From NCBI GenBank assembly GCA_963664395.2, contig OY761159.2, forward strand, positions 3,712,001 through 3,776,000: a DNA stretch of 64,000 nucleotides, read 5' to 3'. Position 1 is the first letter of the stretch. Each line of letters starts with the position of its first letter. Shown here one piece after another: positions 31,512 through 41,719 of the stretch. The DNA is from Candidatus Binatia bacterium. Its GTDB lineage: Bacteria; Desulfobacterota; Binatia; Bin18. The position numbers were made by a program, and so were the translations under genes. The notes beneath the pieces are model-generated. The model was not told where the DNA came from and ran no database searches. It saw only the letters and a program-made list of their open reading frames with translations.

Positions 31512-33974
31512 GTGATGGATATGCAGCGGATATTCTGGAGTCTGACGGGTTGTATTTTCTTGGGGCTGCTTGGAACTGCGAGCGTTCTTGGCTGGCAGTT
31601 TTACCACAAGTTAGAACACGAAGTGGTCAGACGTTTTTCTGACCATCGCTGGGCAGTGCCGTCGAAGGTCTATGCTCGTCCGTTACTTCTCTACCCTGGA
31701 CTCAATATCGAAGAGGTCGCCCTCTTTGATCAGCTGGCCCGCTTGGATTATCGACAGGTTGAAAGTCCTATTCGTGCTCGGGGAGACTATTGGCTCAATG
31801 CCAAAACCGGAGAAGTCCAGATTTTTTTACGGGAATCTACGTATCCCGGACGACAGCGCGCTGCTCGGCGGATTCTGCTGTCCATAGGACAGGGACGGAT
31901 CGAACGCCTGATTGATCTTGATGATCAGACTGAAATCCATGCCATTGAGACGGAGCCGGAAATCATTACTCGCCTCTATGCGCAAGCGTGGGAAGAGCGA
32001 AGAGTTGTGAAACTCTACGAAGTTCCATCCCTGCTTGTAAAGGCAGTGCTGGCTGCTGAAGATCAACACTTTTTTGAACATAACGGGGTTGATTTCTGGC
32101 GAATCTTGGGAGCTGCATGGGCAAACCTCAGGGCCGGACGAACAGTCCAAGGCGGCAGCACGCTTACGCAGCAGCTTATTAAGAACTTCTTTCTTTCCCA
32201 AGAAAGAACCCTCGAGCGAAAGCTGACCGAAATCTGTATGGCGGTCATTGTTGAGAACCATTATTCCAAACTGCAAATACTCGAGAATTACTTGAACGAA
32301 ATTTACTTGGGTCAGCGGGGAGCAAAGAGTCTTTTTGGCATCTGGGAAGCAGCTCGATTCTACTTTGGAAAAGCACCTCGTGATTTAACGGTCGGAGAAA
32401 TGGCTGTCCTTGCTGGTATGATCAAAGCGCCTAATCGATATGCTCCCAATCGTCACCCCGAGCGTGCAATCCGGCGGCGCAATCATATTCTCCAAAGAAT
32501 GACCGAATTAGGAGCCATTCCGAAAGAGGAAGCATACGCTGCACGGCACGAAGAAGTTGGACCGCGCGCTATCCAACCTGAACGAAATACAGCCCCGTAT
32601 TTCGTGGACTTTATTAGAAAAGAGCTTGAAGAGCGCTATCCTGCCGGCACATTGACCAAGGCAGGGCTCAATATCTTTACTGTTTTAGATATGCGACTCC
32701 AGCAGATCGCGCGTGAAGTCATTCAAGCAGGACTGACGGAACTTGAGGAAAAGCATCCACGGCTGAAGCGAGAGATTCCTGACGAGCGCCTTCAGGCGTG
32801 CCTTATTGCTATCCAACCCCAAACTGGACATATTCTCGCTTTGGTAGGTGGACGTGACTACCAGGTGTCGCAGTTTAATCGGGTAGTACAGGCCCACCGG
32901 CAACCGGGCTCGATTTTTAAACCAGTGGTGTTCCTGGCTGCCCTTGAAAGAGAAAGGCAACAGAAAGACGGCTGGTTCCTTCCGACGAGTCTGGTCAACG
33001 ATGCTCCCTTCAGCTGGTTCTATGAAGATAAAGAATGGAGTCCGCGGAACTATAAAAATCGCTATCTTGGCCTGGTCAGTCTTCGAAAAGCTCTCGCAAA
33101 ATCATTGAATGCAGCTACGGCGCGTATTGCCCAAGAAGTCGGCCTTGAACCTGCCCGCCAAATGGCTGTGCGTCTGGGCTTTACCAGTCCTTTGCCTGCC
33201 TACCCTTCACTTGCTCTCGGCGCGGCTGAGGTAACACCGTTTGAGGTCGCCCTTGCGTATAGTACTCTGGCCAATCAAGGTATTGCGACACTGCCAGAGA
33301 CTATTAAATGGATAACAAGTCGCACGGGTGAAATGATTGAGCAGCGCCAGATGACCGTCGAACAGCGGATTCATCCGGACGATGCGTATGTTTTGACTCA
33401 CCTTCTGGAAGGCGTCATGGAACAGGGAACTGGTGCGGGGGCCCGTCGGAGGGGATTTGTCCGCCCGGCCGCAGGAAAGACGGGAACTACGAACGATTAC
33501 GGCGACGCCTGGTTTGTGGGCTATACACCCGATCTCTTAACGGTGGTGTGGGTCGGGTTCGATCGTCGGACTTCACTCGAACTGTCCGGTGCCCAGGCCG
33601 CGTTGCCGCTTTGGACCGAATTCATGAAACGCGCGACAGCCGGGACGGCCGCCGCTTTTGCGGTCCCACCTGGGGTAACCCTTGTTGCCGTTGATCAAGA
33701 AACTGGTCTGCGTGCAACACCCTCCTGTCCGCAGGCTATTCAGGAAGCTTTTCCAAAGGGGCAAGAGCCTATCCTGGCGTGTCCGTATCATACCCCGGCT
33801 GCAAGGCCACCACGTCCTCCCGTTCGCACGCCGGCAGCAGCCCGGCAACGCCCGGCCGCGCAGCCTCCCGCAAGAGCAGCCGCTACGTTTCCGCCGGAGT
33901 CGGAGCAACCGTCGGCAATAGAGACGCCGGCGCCACAACCAAAACGCTCCAAGCCGTGGTGGAAAATACTTTGA
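31512..33974 (+). CDS. mrcB: Bifunctional penicillin-binding protein 1B (transglycosylase/transpeptidase)
   Basis: UB2H region, EDQHFFEH, QGGSTLTQQ, SIFK, SLN and KTG motifs; Pro/Ala-rich tail. Confidence 0.9.
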   Translation: MMDMQRIFWSLTGCIFLGLLGTASVLGWQFYHKLEHEVVRRFSDHRWAVPSKVYARPLLLYPGLNIEEVALFDQLARLDYRQVESPIRARGDYWLNAKTGEVQIFLRESTYPGRQRAARRILLSIGQGRIERLIDLDDQTEIHAIETEPEIITRLYAQAWEERRVVKLYEVPSLLVKAVLAAEDQHFFEHNGVDFWRILGAAWANLRAGRTVQGGSTLTQQLIKNFFLSQERTLERKLTEICMAVIVENHYSKLQILENYLNEIYLGQRGAKSLFGIWEAARFYFGKAPRDLTVGEMAVLAGMIKAPNRYAPNRHPERAIRRRNHILQRMTELGAIPKEEAYAARHEEVGPRAIQPERNTAPYFVDFIRKELEERYPAGTLTKAGLNIFTVLDMRLQQIAREVIQAGLTELEEKHPRLKREIPDERLQACLIAIQPQTGHILALVGGRDYQVSQFNRVVQAHRQPGSIFKPVVFLAALERERQQKDGWFLPTSLVNDAPFSWFYEDKEWSPRNYKNRYLGLVSLRKALAKSLNAATARIAQEVGLEPARQMAVRLGFTSPLPAYPSLALGAAEVTPFEVALAYSTLANQGIATLPETIKWITSRTGEMIEQRQMTVEQRIHPDDAYVLTHLLEGVMEQGTGAGARRRGFVRPAAGKTGTTNDYGDAWFVGYTPDLLTVVWVGFDRRTSLELSGAQAALPLWTEFMKRATAGTAAAFAVPPGVTLVAVDQETGLRATPSCPQAIQEAFPKGQEPILACPYHTPAARPPRPPVRTPAAARQRPAAQPPARAAATFPPESEQPSAIETPAPQPKRSKPWWKIL

Positions 33975-34546
33975 TCGTACTGTCACCTACTTTCCTCGGA
34001 ACTGTTTTTTCCTGTGTGCTCTTGCTGTTGACATATAGCTGTCCTGTTGCATATGCACAGGATGGCTCTCTTGAGAATCTGAGCAGTACAACGGAACAGA
34101 ACGACGGAACGACCGAAGAGCAAGAGAATTCTCCGCTGTCTGAGCAGGTGGAATTCTCTCCCCAGGAGCGGGTTGCCCTCTATTTTGTGGAACAAGGACA
34201 GGCCGCATTGAGTCAGAAAGATTTTGAGCAGGCTCGTATTTTTTTCGAGCGGGCAATTGAGGCCGCTCCTCTACAACCTTATGGTTATTACTTCCTTGGG
34301 CGCTTGGCCTTTACTCTGGACGAAGCGGGCCAAGCGTTGGTCTTTTTACTGAAAGCGGAACTCTTGTTCTCAGAAGAGAATGATGCCTGGTTGGGTGAAA
34401 TAACCTGCCTGCAGGGGGCGATTCACGAGGCGGCCGGGGACTACGAGGATGCCCGGTTGAATTACCGACGCTGCCTGGATTTTTCTCCCCAAAGCTTACG
34501 CGCCATTAGTGCTCTTGCCCGGCTGCCTGATGCGGGTGAGCGGTGA
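33971..34546 (+). CDS. Exported tetratricopeptide-repeat protein
   Basis: Signal peptide ending AYA, three TPR-like repeats; TTG start overlaps the mrcB stop. Confidence 0.7.
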   Translation: MIVLSPTFLGTVFSCVLLLLTYSCPVAYAQDGSLENLSSTTEQNDGTTEEQENSPLSEQVEFSPQERVALYFVEQGQAALSQKDFEQARIFFERAIEAAPLQPYGYYFLGRLAFTLDEAGQALVFLLKAELLFSEENDAWLGEITCLQGAIHEAAGDYEDARLNYRRCLDFSPQSLRAISALARLPDAGER

Positions 34547-35571
34547 AAACGCCCGGTCAAAAGGACTTCACCGTCTTAGGCATTGAGTCCTCGTGTGATG
34601 ACACAGCGGTGGCCGTTCTGCGTGGGCGACGGATCCTGTCTAACATTGTCTCGTCTCAGGATGCGGTCCATGGCCCCTATGGGGGGATCGTGCCCGAGCT
34701 GGCCTCTCGGCAGCATATACAAAATGCACTGCCTGTTCTTGATACAGCGTTGGAGCAAGCCCACACCACTCTCGATGCTATCGATGGTATTGCCGTCACT
34801 GCCGGCCCGGGTTTAGTCGGCTCGTTGTTGGTTGGGGTGTCGCTCGCGAAGTCGCTCGCGTTTGCCAAGAATCTACCGTTTATTGGTATCAATCACCTTG
34901 AAGGCCACCTCCTGGCGGTGCGGCTCGAACAAGAGGTCGATTTTCCATTCCTGTGTGTATTAGTGTCTGGCGGCCATACGAGTTTATATCTTGCGCGGGA
35001 TTGGGGAAACTATCAGCGTCTGGGCGCGACCCGGGATGATGCGGCTGGCGAGGCGTTCGACAAAGGGGCGAAAATGCTCGGCCTAGGGTACCCAGGCGGG
35101 CGGATCATTGATGAGCTAGCCAAAGCAGGCCGGCGCAACGCCTTTCGGTTTCCCCGCGCGCGTATCAAAAAGGCGAGGTACGACTTTAGCTATAGTGGGC
35201 TCAAGACGGCCCTGCGCCAATTTCTCGCATCTCCGGAGCGAGAACGGTATACCCACGCCGATATCGCAGCAAGTTATCAAGAAGCCGTGGTGGACACCGT
35301 GGTGGACACCACTCTACGAGCGGCCCATGATCTTCACATCGGGTGTATTGTCGCCTCTGGTGGCGTCTCAGCCAATTCTCGACTTCGCCACCGCCTGACC
35401 GAAGCCGGAGAGCAAAACGATTTTCGGGTATTCTTCCCTTCGTTGAAGCTGTGTACGGATAATGCAGCGATGATCGCTTTTGCCGGTGCATGGCGTCTTG
35501 CCGCGGGGCAGCGTTCCGGGTTGGACCTGAATGCGTCTGCTGTGCTGCCATTAGAAGATGCCGTAAGATAG
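34543..35571 (+). CDS. tsaD: tRNA N6-threonylcarbamoyladenosine synthesis protein TsaD
   Basis: GIESSCDDT, PELASRQH, NHLEGH, SGGHT, DDAAGEAFDK and TDNAAMI motifs. Confidence 0.96.
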   Translation: MKTPGQKDFTVLGIESSCDDTAVAVLRGRRILSNIVSSQDAVHGPYGGIVPELASRQHIQNALPVLDTALEQAHTTLDAIDGIAVTAGPGLVGSLLVGVSLAKSLAFAKNLPFIGINHLEGHLLAVRLEQEVDFPFLCVLVSGGHTSLYLARDWGNYQRLGATRDDAAGEAFDKGAKMLGLGYPGGRIIDELAKAGRRNAFRFPRARIKKARYDFSYSGLKTALRQFLASPERERYTHADIAASYQEAVVDTVVDTTLRAAHDLHIGCIVASGGVSANSRLRHRLTEAGEQNDFRVFFPSLKLCTDNAAMIAFAGAWRLAAGQRSGLDLNASAVLPLEDAVR

Positions 35572-35591
35572 AACCCCGGTGAGAGTCCGTT

Positions 35592-36419
35592 GTGCCAACA
35601 CTGCTCCAACAAGCCCGTTTCGTCCTTGGCGAACTTGGCATTCGTCCCCATAAACGTCTCGGCCAGCATTTCCTGATCGATGCAGACGTTATACAGCATA
35701 CGGTGACGGCAGCGGCCATACGCCCTGAGGATAACGTGCTGGAGATCGGACCAGGGCTTGGGGCACTATCTGAAATCTTGGTCAAAGCCGCCGCTCAGCT
35801 TATTTTAGTCGAAATGGACGCGACTTTGGCTGAACGACTGGCCGAACGCTTTGCTCATGACGAGCACGTCCGGATTATTTCGGCCGACTTTCTTCGCTTG
35901 GATATGAAGGAAACGTTTCAAGAACAGTCCATACAGGTCGTGGCAAGCCTGCCATATAATGTTGCGACTCCCATCCTCTTTCGGTTGCTCGACCATCGGA
36001 CGCAGTTCCCGCAGGCCACGGTCATGCTCCAACGGGAGGTGGCAGAGCGTATTACGGCCTCCCCTGGGACAAAAGCGTATGGTGTGCTTTCCGTCTTGAT
36101 TCAACTCTACGCTACTACGAAAACGGTGTGCTCGGTTGGACCAGGCAGCTTTTTCCCTGCACCAAAAGTGCACTCCCAAGTGATTCAACTGATTTTCCAA
36201 AAAGACCCTCGGGTTGAAGTTGCAGATGAGGGCCTGTTCCGCCATATCGTGAAGGCTGCCTTTAATCAACGCAGAAAAACGTTGCGGAATGCGTTGCGAG
36301 GTATTGGTGGGGCAGACCTTGAAGCCATTGGCCGACGGACTGATATTGACTTACAGCGCCGCGGAGAGACGCTAAGCCTTGAGGAATTTGCTCGCCTGAC
36401 AAATAGTTGGCTCGGGTAA
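35592..36419 (+). CDS. rsmA: 16S rRNA dimethyltransferase RsmA/KsgA
   Basis: KRLGQHFL, LEIGPGLG, LPYN and FNQRRKTLRN motifs. Confidence 0.96.
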   Translation: MPTLLQQARFVLGELGIRPHKRLGQHFLIDADVIQHTVTAAAIRPEDNVLEIGPGLGALSEILVKAAAQLILVEMDATLAERLAERFAHDEHVRIISADFLRLDMKETFQEQSIQVVASLPYNVATPILFRLLDHRTQFPQATVMLQREVAERITASPGTKAYGVLSVLIQLYATTKTVCSVGPGSFFPAPKVHSQVIQLIFQKDPRVEVADEGLFRHIVKAAFNQRRKTLRNALRGIGGADLEAIGRRTDIDLQRRGETLSLEEFARLTNSWLG

Positions 36420-36442
36420 TCCGTGCGTATAAAGGGAATGCT

Positions 36443-37264
36443 ATGGAACGAAAAGTCATCGAATATACAGTCAAAGACCGTATTGCCACGATCACCCTCA
36501 ACCGTCCTCAACGCAGAAACTCGTGGACGGGTAGAATGCACGTTGAGTACCGCTGGTCCATTGAGCAAGCCGAGAATGACCCGGAGGTTCGGGCTATTCT
36601 CGTGACCGGGGCGGGTCGGGATTTTTGCGTTGGGGCCGATTCGCGCGCGCTTGAGGGGCATGTTGAAAAAGGTGGCTACGACCCAGGAACTCCGGACAAA
36701 ATGCCGACTCCGGGCTATGGCGTACGACCTGAGTTTGACGCGGATTTCGCGTATCAATTCGGCCTCACCAAGCCGGTGATTGCGGCCATTAACGGCGCAA
36801 TCGCTGGCGCCGGCCTGGCGGTGGCCTGCTATGCTGATATCCGTTTCGCTGCAGAAGGTGCGAAATTCACGACCGCCCACGGTGCCCTGAACCTGCCGGC
36901 CGAGTTTGGTCTGTCTTGGCTGCTACCGCGTCTTATGGGCGTCACGCGGGCAAATGATATCTTGCTCACGAGCCGTATCTTCCTGGCAGAGGAAGCGTAT
37001 GACCTGGGGCTGGTCAACAAAGTTTTGCCTTTCGACGAACTCCTCCCCCACACCTATGCCTATATACGTCAGATGATTGCCCGTGTTTCTCCCGGATCGT
37101 TGCGGGCAACCAAAAATCAGATCTATGCCGACTTGCATGGCGATGCGGCCTCGGCAGTCCAGCGCTCGCGCAGCCTGATTGACCGTATGACGACCGAGTC
37201 AGACTTCCGTGAAGGCGTCGCCGCCTTCACGGAAAAGCGCCCGCCGCGTTGGTCAGGCAAGTGA
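36443..37264 (+). CDS. Enoyl-CoA hydratase/isomerase family protein
   Basis: ITLNRP, FCVGAD, KPVIAAING and EGVAAFTEKRPP motifs. Confidence 0.88.
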   Translation: MERKVIEYTVKDRIATITLNRPQRRNSWTGRMHVEYRWSIEQAENDPEVRAILVTGAGRDFCVGADSRALEGHVEKGGYDPGTPDKMPTPGYGVRPEFDADFAYQFGLTKPVIAAINGAIAGAGLAVACYADIRFAAEGAKFTTAHGALNLPAEFGLSWLLPRLMGVTRANDILLTSRIFLAEEAYDLGLVNKVLPFDELLPHTYAYIRQMIARVSPGSLRATKNQIYADLHGDAASAVQRSRSLIDRMTTESDFREGVAAFTEKRPPRWSGK

Positions 37265-37268
37265 GCGC

Positions 37269-37799
37269 TTACGACCCCATCCCTGACACCACCAACCCAA
37301 TCCGTGACATATCGAGCGAAATCCAGACAATCCAGGCAGTCAGGACAAGTGCTACTCCAGTAAAGATTTGTATGCGCTTGACCAGACCCGGAAGTTTATC
37401 CGGTGGGAATGCCTCACCGCGTATCTCGGTGCGGACAAGGCGATGACCCATCCCAAGGGAAACCGCGGCGCTGACGTTAATGAGAATAAAGACAATGAGG
37501 AGTTTGAGGCTCAGCAAGCTGCCAAAGTCTGACAAATATCCCTCCGGAGTAAAGAATGATAAGCTTGGTCTGGCTTTGAACGAGGTGAGATTCCACGCGC
37601 CGGTCATCAGCACGACTCCGAGGGAGCCGATACTGAGGGGATTGTAGTATTTCAGCCCCTTGGCCAAGTATGTTTGTTTTGCTGCCGGGTCGTCAATCTG
37701 AGCGGCCGGAGGAAGCAACATGACGAGGAGGGTGACGCCGCTGCCAAAGAAGACTGCTAAGCTGAGTACATGGGTCCACAAGAGAATGAAATCACTCAT
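37269..37799 (-). CDS. Four-helix membrane protein (CopD/DUF2269-like)
   Basis: Four hydrophobic segments; N-terminal LWTHVLS, TG..N and LKL motifs. Confidence 0.55.
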   Translation of the reverse strand: MSDFILLWTHVLSLAVFFGSGVTLLVMLLPPAAQIDDPAAKQTYLAKGLKYYNPLSIGSLGVVLMTGAWNLTSFKARPSLSFFTPEGYLSDFGSLLSLKLLIVFILINVSAAVSLGMGHRLVRTEIRGEAFPPDKLPGLVKRIQIFTGVALVLTAWIVWISLDMSRIGLVVSGMGS

Positions 37800-37857
37800 T
37801 AGTCGGACGTTAAACCAGAGGGCACTAGAAATGTAAATGGCCGCCCGCTAGGAATGT

Positions 37858-37886
37858 TTGACACTCAAAACCAGGGTCGATATTCT
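37858..37886 (+). promoter_or_regulatory. Sigma70-type promoter for nuoF
   Basis: TTGACA, 17 bp spacer, TATTCT. Confidence 0.6.
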
Positions 37887-37953
37887 GACTACATGCGGTG
37901 CTTTCTCTTTATTTCATATTCCTTTTTCAATGAGGCGAGGGAAGGAAGGGTGA

Positions 37954-39246
37954 ATGGCCGAAAACGTACTACTGCGCCACGAAGATGTCCCTGACATTCA
38001 CAAGCTTGACGTATACTTGGCCCATGATGGGTATGTCGCAGCACGCACGGCGCTGACCACGCTCAAGCCTGAGGAAGTCACGGCCCAAGTAAAAGAGTCG
38101 AACCTGCGGGGGCGGGGCGGAGCCGGTTTCCCGGCAGGCGTCAAATGGGGCTTCTTGCCGAAGGACTCGGATAAGCCCGTCTATCTGTGTTGCAACGCAG
38201 ACGAGAGTGAACCTGGGACGTTCAAGGATCGAGCAATCATTGAGAAGAATACGCATATCCTCTTAGAAGGCATTCTCATCACCTGCTATGCCATTAATGC
38301 CCATACGGCCTACATCTACATCAGAGGTGAATTCGCCTATGGTGCAAAGTGTCTGGAAAATGCCCTGGCCGCTGCGTATGACACGGGGCTGTTCGGCAAA
38401 GATATTTTCGGAACCGGATTTGATCTTGAGGTCTATGTTCACCGGGGAGCTGGGGCCTATATCTGCGGGGAAGAGACTGGCCTGATTGAGTCGATTGAAG
38501 GCAAGCGCGCCTACCCCCGTATTAAGCCTCCGTTCCCTGCCGTGTACGGCTTATTTGGCTGTCCAACTATTGTGAACAATGTGGAAACGCTGGCCTGCGT
38601 GCCGTCCATCATCAAAAACGGTCCGGCCTGGTTTCGGTCCATTGGGCCGGAAAGTGGGCCGGGTCCCAAAATATATGGAGTCAGCGGTCATGTTGAGCAG
38701 CCCGGTATGTTCGAGCTGCCCATGGGTATGCCGCTGCGCGAAGTGATCTACGACTATGCAGGTGGCATCAAAGATGGAAAGAACCTCAAGGCCGTCATGC
38801 CGGCGGGGTCGTCCTTCCCCGTTTTGACGCCGGACGAGATTGACGTCCATATGGATTTTGACTCCATGCGTGCCATTGGCGCCTTCCTGGGCACCGCCGG
38901 CATTATCGTTATGGACGAAGACACCTGTATGGTCCACGCCTTGGAGATCATCGACCGCTTCTATCACCATGAATCCTGCGGCCAGTGTTCGCCGTGTCGA
39001 GAAGGAACCGGCTGGTTACACAAGCTGCTGGTGCGACTCGAAGAGGGCAACGGCAAGGCCGAGGATATCGACCTGATAGACCGTATTTGTACCAATATGA
39101 TGGGCAATACGGTGTGTGTCTTGGCTGACGCGGCTGCCATGCCAACGCAGAGTTATCTGAAAAAGTTCCGCAACGAGTTTCTTGCCCATGTGACTGAAGG
39201 TGGCTGCCCGCTGAAAAAATCATCGGCCCAGCCTGAAGCTGTCTAA
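37954..39246 (+). CDS. nuoF: NADH-quinone oxidoreductase subunit F
   Basis: LRGRGGAGFP, NADESEPG, GAGAYICGEET and HESCGQCSPCREG motifs. Confidence 0.95.
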   Translation: MAENVLLRHEDVPDIHKLDVYLAHDGYVAARTALTTLKPEEVTAQVKESNLRGRGGAGFPAGVKWGFLPKDSDKPVYLCCNADESEPGTFKDRAIIEKNTHILLEGILITCYAINAHTAYIYIRGEFAYGAKCLENALAAAYDTGLFGKDIFGTGFDLEVYVHRGAGAYICGEETGLIESIEGKRAYPRIKPPFPAVYGLFGCPTIVNNVETLACVPSIIKNGPAWFRSIGPESGPGPKIYGVSGHVEQPGMFELPMGMPLREVIYDYAGGIKDGKNLKAVMPAGSSFPVLTPDEIDVHMDFDSMRAIGAFLGTAGIIVMDEDTCMVHALEIIDRFYHHESCGQCSPCREGTGWLHKLLVRLEEGNGKAEDIDLIDRICTNMMGNTVCVLADAAAMPTQSYLKKFRNEFLAHVTEGGCPLKKSSAQPEAV

Positions 39247-39264
39247 GTCTCCCCAGAGGTTTTC

Positions 39265-40854
39265 ATGCCCACACTTGAAATTGATGGCCAAGAAGTGACG
39301 GTCGAGGATGGCCTGAACGTCATCCAAGCCGCCGAACAGGTCGGTGTTGAAGTTCCGCATTACTGTTACCATCCGGGGCTCAGCATATCGGGGAACTGCC
39401 GGATGTGCTTGGTCGAAATCGAGAACATGCCCAAACTCCAGATTGGATGTAATACGCGTGTTTCCGACGGCATGGTGGTGAAAACTGCAAGTGAAAGAGC
39501 AAAACACGCCCAAGCGGCTGTGCTTGAGTTTCTTTTAATTAACCACCCGATCGATTGTCCCATCTGCGACCAAGCCGGCGAGTGTAAGCTCCAGGACTAC
39601 TACATGCTGTACGGAGCCTATAGGAGCGAGATGAAGCTTGAGGCCAAGGTCCACAAAGGGAAAGTCGTTGACCTTGGACCTGAGGTTGTGCTCGACGAAG
39701 AGCGCTGTATTCTATGCGCGCGCTGTACCCGTTTCTGTGACGAAATAACACAGACCGGCGAGTTGGGAATTTTTGAACGAGGGGATCATTCTCGCATCAG
39801 TCTCTTTCCAGGGAAGAAACTCGACAATCCATATTCCGGAAACGTGGTTGATGTATGCCCCGTAGGGGCGCTGACGAGCAAGGATTTTCGATTCAAATCC
39901 CGGGTCTGGTACCTCGAAAAAACGCCTTCAACCTGCACCCGCTGTGCCACCGGTTGCAATATTGATATCTACCATCGGCAGGGTGAGGTCTTTCGTTTTC
40001 GTCCGCGTCAAAATCTCGAAGTCAATGCGTATTGGATGTGTGATGAGGGGCGACATTGGTACAAGTCGTTCCAGCAAGAAAGTCGTATTCCCAGTCCTTT
40101 GGTACGAGGCGAATCCTCTTTCGCTGTAGCCTCGTGGGATGAAGCTGGAAAAAAGGTTGCTGAAATCCTTCGTCAGGCTACAGACGAACATGGCGCTCAT
40201 ACGGTAGCGGCGATTGTTGGTGCCAAGGCAACCAACGAAGAAGCATTTCTACTCTCTCGCCTGCTCAGAGAGCAAATTGGCTCCACCCAAACGGCTGGCT
40301 TAGCGTGGTCTCCGGCTGATGCATTTCATGATGACTTCCTGATCCACGCAGACAAAAATCCGAACACGCGCGGACTGAAGAGCTTGGGTCTGCTGAATGG
40401 CGGAGGCGAGGCCGAAGCTGTTTTATCCGCAGCAGAGAAGGGAAACGTGAGAGTCCTCCTTATCCTTGGCGCGGACTTGGTTACGACATTTGGCCAAGAT
40501 CGCATTGATAAAGCCTTGGGCGAAACAACCGTCATTCTGCTCGATACGGATTACAACCGTACGACAGAATACGCCAACATTGTTTTACCAATCGCAGCCG
40601 CCATAGAGACGGACGGGACCTGCACGAATCAGGCGGGCCGTGTCCAGCGGCTCTCTCAGGCATTCCCACCGCCAGGAGAAGCTAAAGTTGGGTGGGAAGC
40701 GCTGGCCTTGCTGAGTACAAAGTTGGGTGGTCCAGACTCTGTTTCGATTACTGATGTCTTCGGCGAATTGACGCACTCAGTCCCAGCCTTTGCCGGTCTG
40801 ACGTATGGGAAGATCGGCCTCCAAGGAGCGCCTTTAGCCAAGGCTGGGTCGTAG
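39265..40854 (+). CDS. nuoG: NADH-quinone oxidoreductase subunit G (short form)
   Basis: HYCYHP..GNCRMC, NHPIDCPICDQAGEC, CILCARCTRFC and CTRCATGC motifs. Confidence 0.88.
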   Translation: MPTLEIDGQEVTVEDGLNVIQAAEQVGVEVPHYCYHPGLSISGNCRMCLVEIENMPKLQIGCNTRVSDGMVVKTASERAKHAQAAVLEFLLINHPIDCPICDQAGECKLQDYYMLYGAYRSEMKLEAKVHKGKVVDLGPEVVLDEERCILCARCTRFCDEITQTGELGIFERGDHSRISLFPGKKLDNPYSGNVVDVCPVGALTSKDFRFKSRVWYLEKTPSTCTRCATGCNIDIYHRQGEVFRFRPRQNLEVNAYWMCDEGRHWYKSFQQESRIPSPLVRGESSFAVASWDEAGKKVAEILRQATDEHGAHTVAAIVGAKATNEEAFLLSRLLREQIGSTQTAGLAWSPADAFHDDFLIHADKNPNTRGLKSLGLLNGGGEAEAVLSAAEKGNVRVLLILGADLVTTFGQDRIDKALGETTVILLDTDYNRTTEYANIVLPIAAAIETDGTCTNQAGRVQRLSQAFPPPGEAKVGWEALALLSTKLGGPDSVSITDVFGELTHSVPAFAGLTYGKIGLQGAPLAKAGS

Positions 40855-40870
40855 GCGGACAACTGCTCCC

Positions 40871-41653
40871 GTGCGTATTGCCACCTGGAATGTGAATTCA
40901 ATCCGCGCGCGCAAGGAGCGTGTGCTGGAATGGCTCACCCGTCAGCAGTTCCCTGAAATCGTTTGTCTTCAGGAAACAAAAGTCATAGACGCTGCCTTTC
41001 CTCGCCGTGAGTTTGAGGATTGCGGCTACTACGTGACCGTGTGTGGACAAAAGACCTACAACGGCGTTGCTATCCTGTCTCGCACTGAGCCGAGTAACAT
41101 CCTGCGCAGCCTCGATGGCGATCCTGAAGATCTCGAAGCTCGCTTCTTGTCCGTCCAGGTTGCTGGTGTCCACATCCTGTGTCTCTACGTCCCGAATGGA
41201 CAGGTAGTCGGGAGTGAGAAGTTTGCGTATAAGCGAACCTGGCTCAGTCGAGTCCGTCACTTCCTTGACACTCAGTGTGATGCTGGAAAACAGCTGGCCC
41301 TGTGTGGAGATTTGAATATCGCGCCGGAAGCGCGTGATGTATACGACCCGGAGGAATGGGAAGATACCGTCCTGTTTCATCCGGACATGCGCGAGGCTTT
41401 TGCATCCCTGTGTGAGTGGGGCCTGGTCGATACTTTTCGTCTCCATCACGCCGAAGGAAAACTGTATAGCTGGTGGGACTACCGTCACCTTGCATTTCCC
41501 AAAAACAAAGGGCTCCGCATCGACCATATTCTTGTCACCCAGCCACTCGCTGAGCGGTGTACTGGCGTTGCTATCGACCGCGAAGCGCGCAAAGGGAAGG
41601 GGGCTTCGGATCACGCCCCGGTTATTGCTGAATTTGGTGACGTATTAGAGTGA
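40871..41653 (+). CDS. xth: Exodeoxyribonuclease III
   Basis: TWNVNS, LQETK, YNGVA, GDLN, RIDH and SDHAP motifs. Confidence 0.95.
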   Translation: MRIATWNVNSIRARKERVLEWLTRQQFPEIVCLQETKVIDAAFPRREFEDCGYYVTVCGQKTYNGVAILSRTEPSNILRSLDGDPEDLEARFLSVQVAGVHILCLYVPNGQVVGSEKFAYKRTWLSRVRHFLDTQCDAGKQLALCGDLNIAPEARDVYDPEEWEDTVLFHPDMREAFASLCEWGLVDTFRLHHAEGKLYSWWDYRHLAFPKNKGLRIDHILVTQPLAERCTGVAIDREARKGKGASDHAPVIAEFGDVLE

Positions 41654-41719
41654 AGACAGAGCAGAGGCCCGTTGTCTTTGGAAAGAAAACCTGACAGTCT
41701 GAAGGCGTTGGAGGAGCGT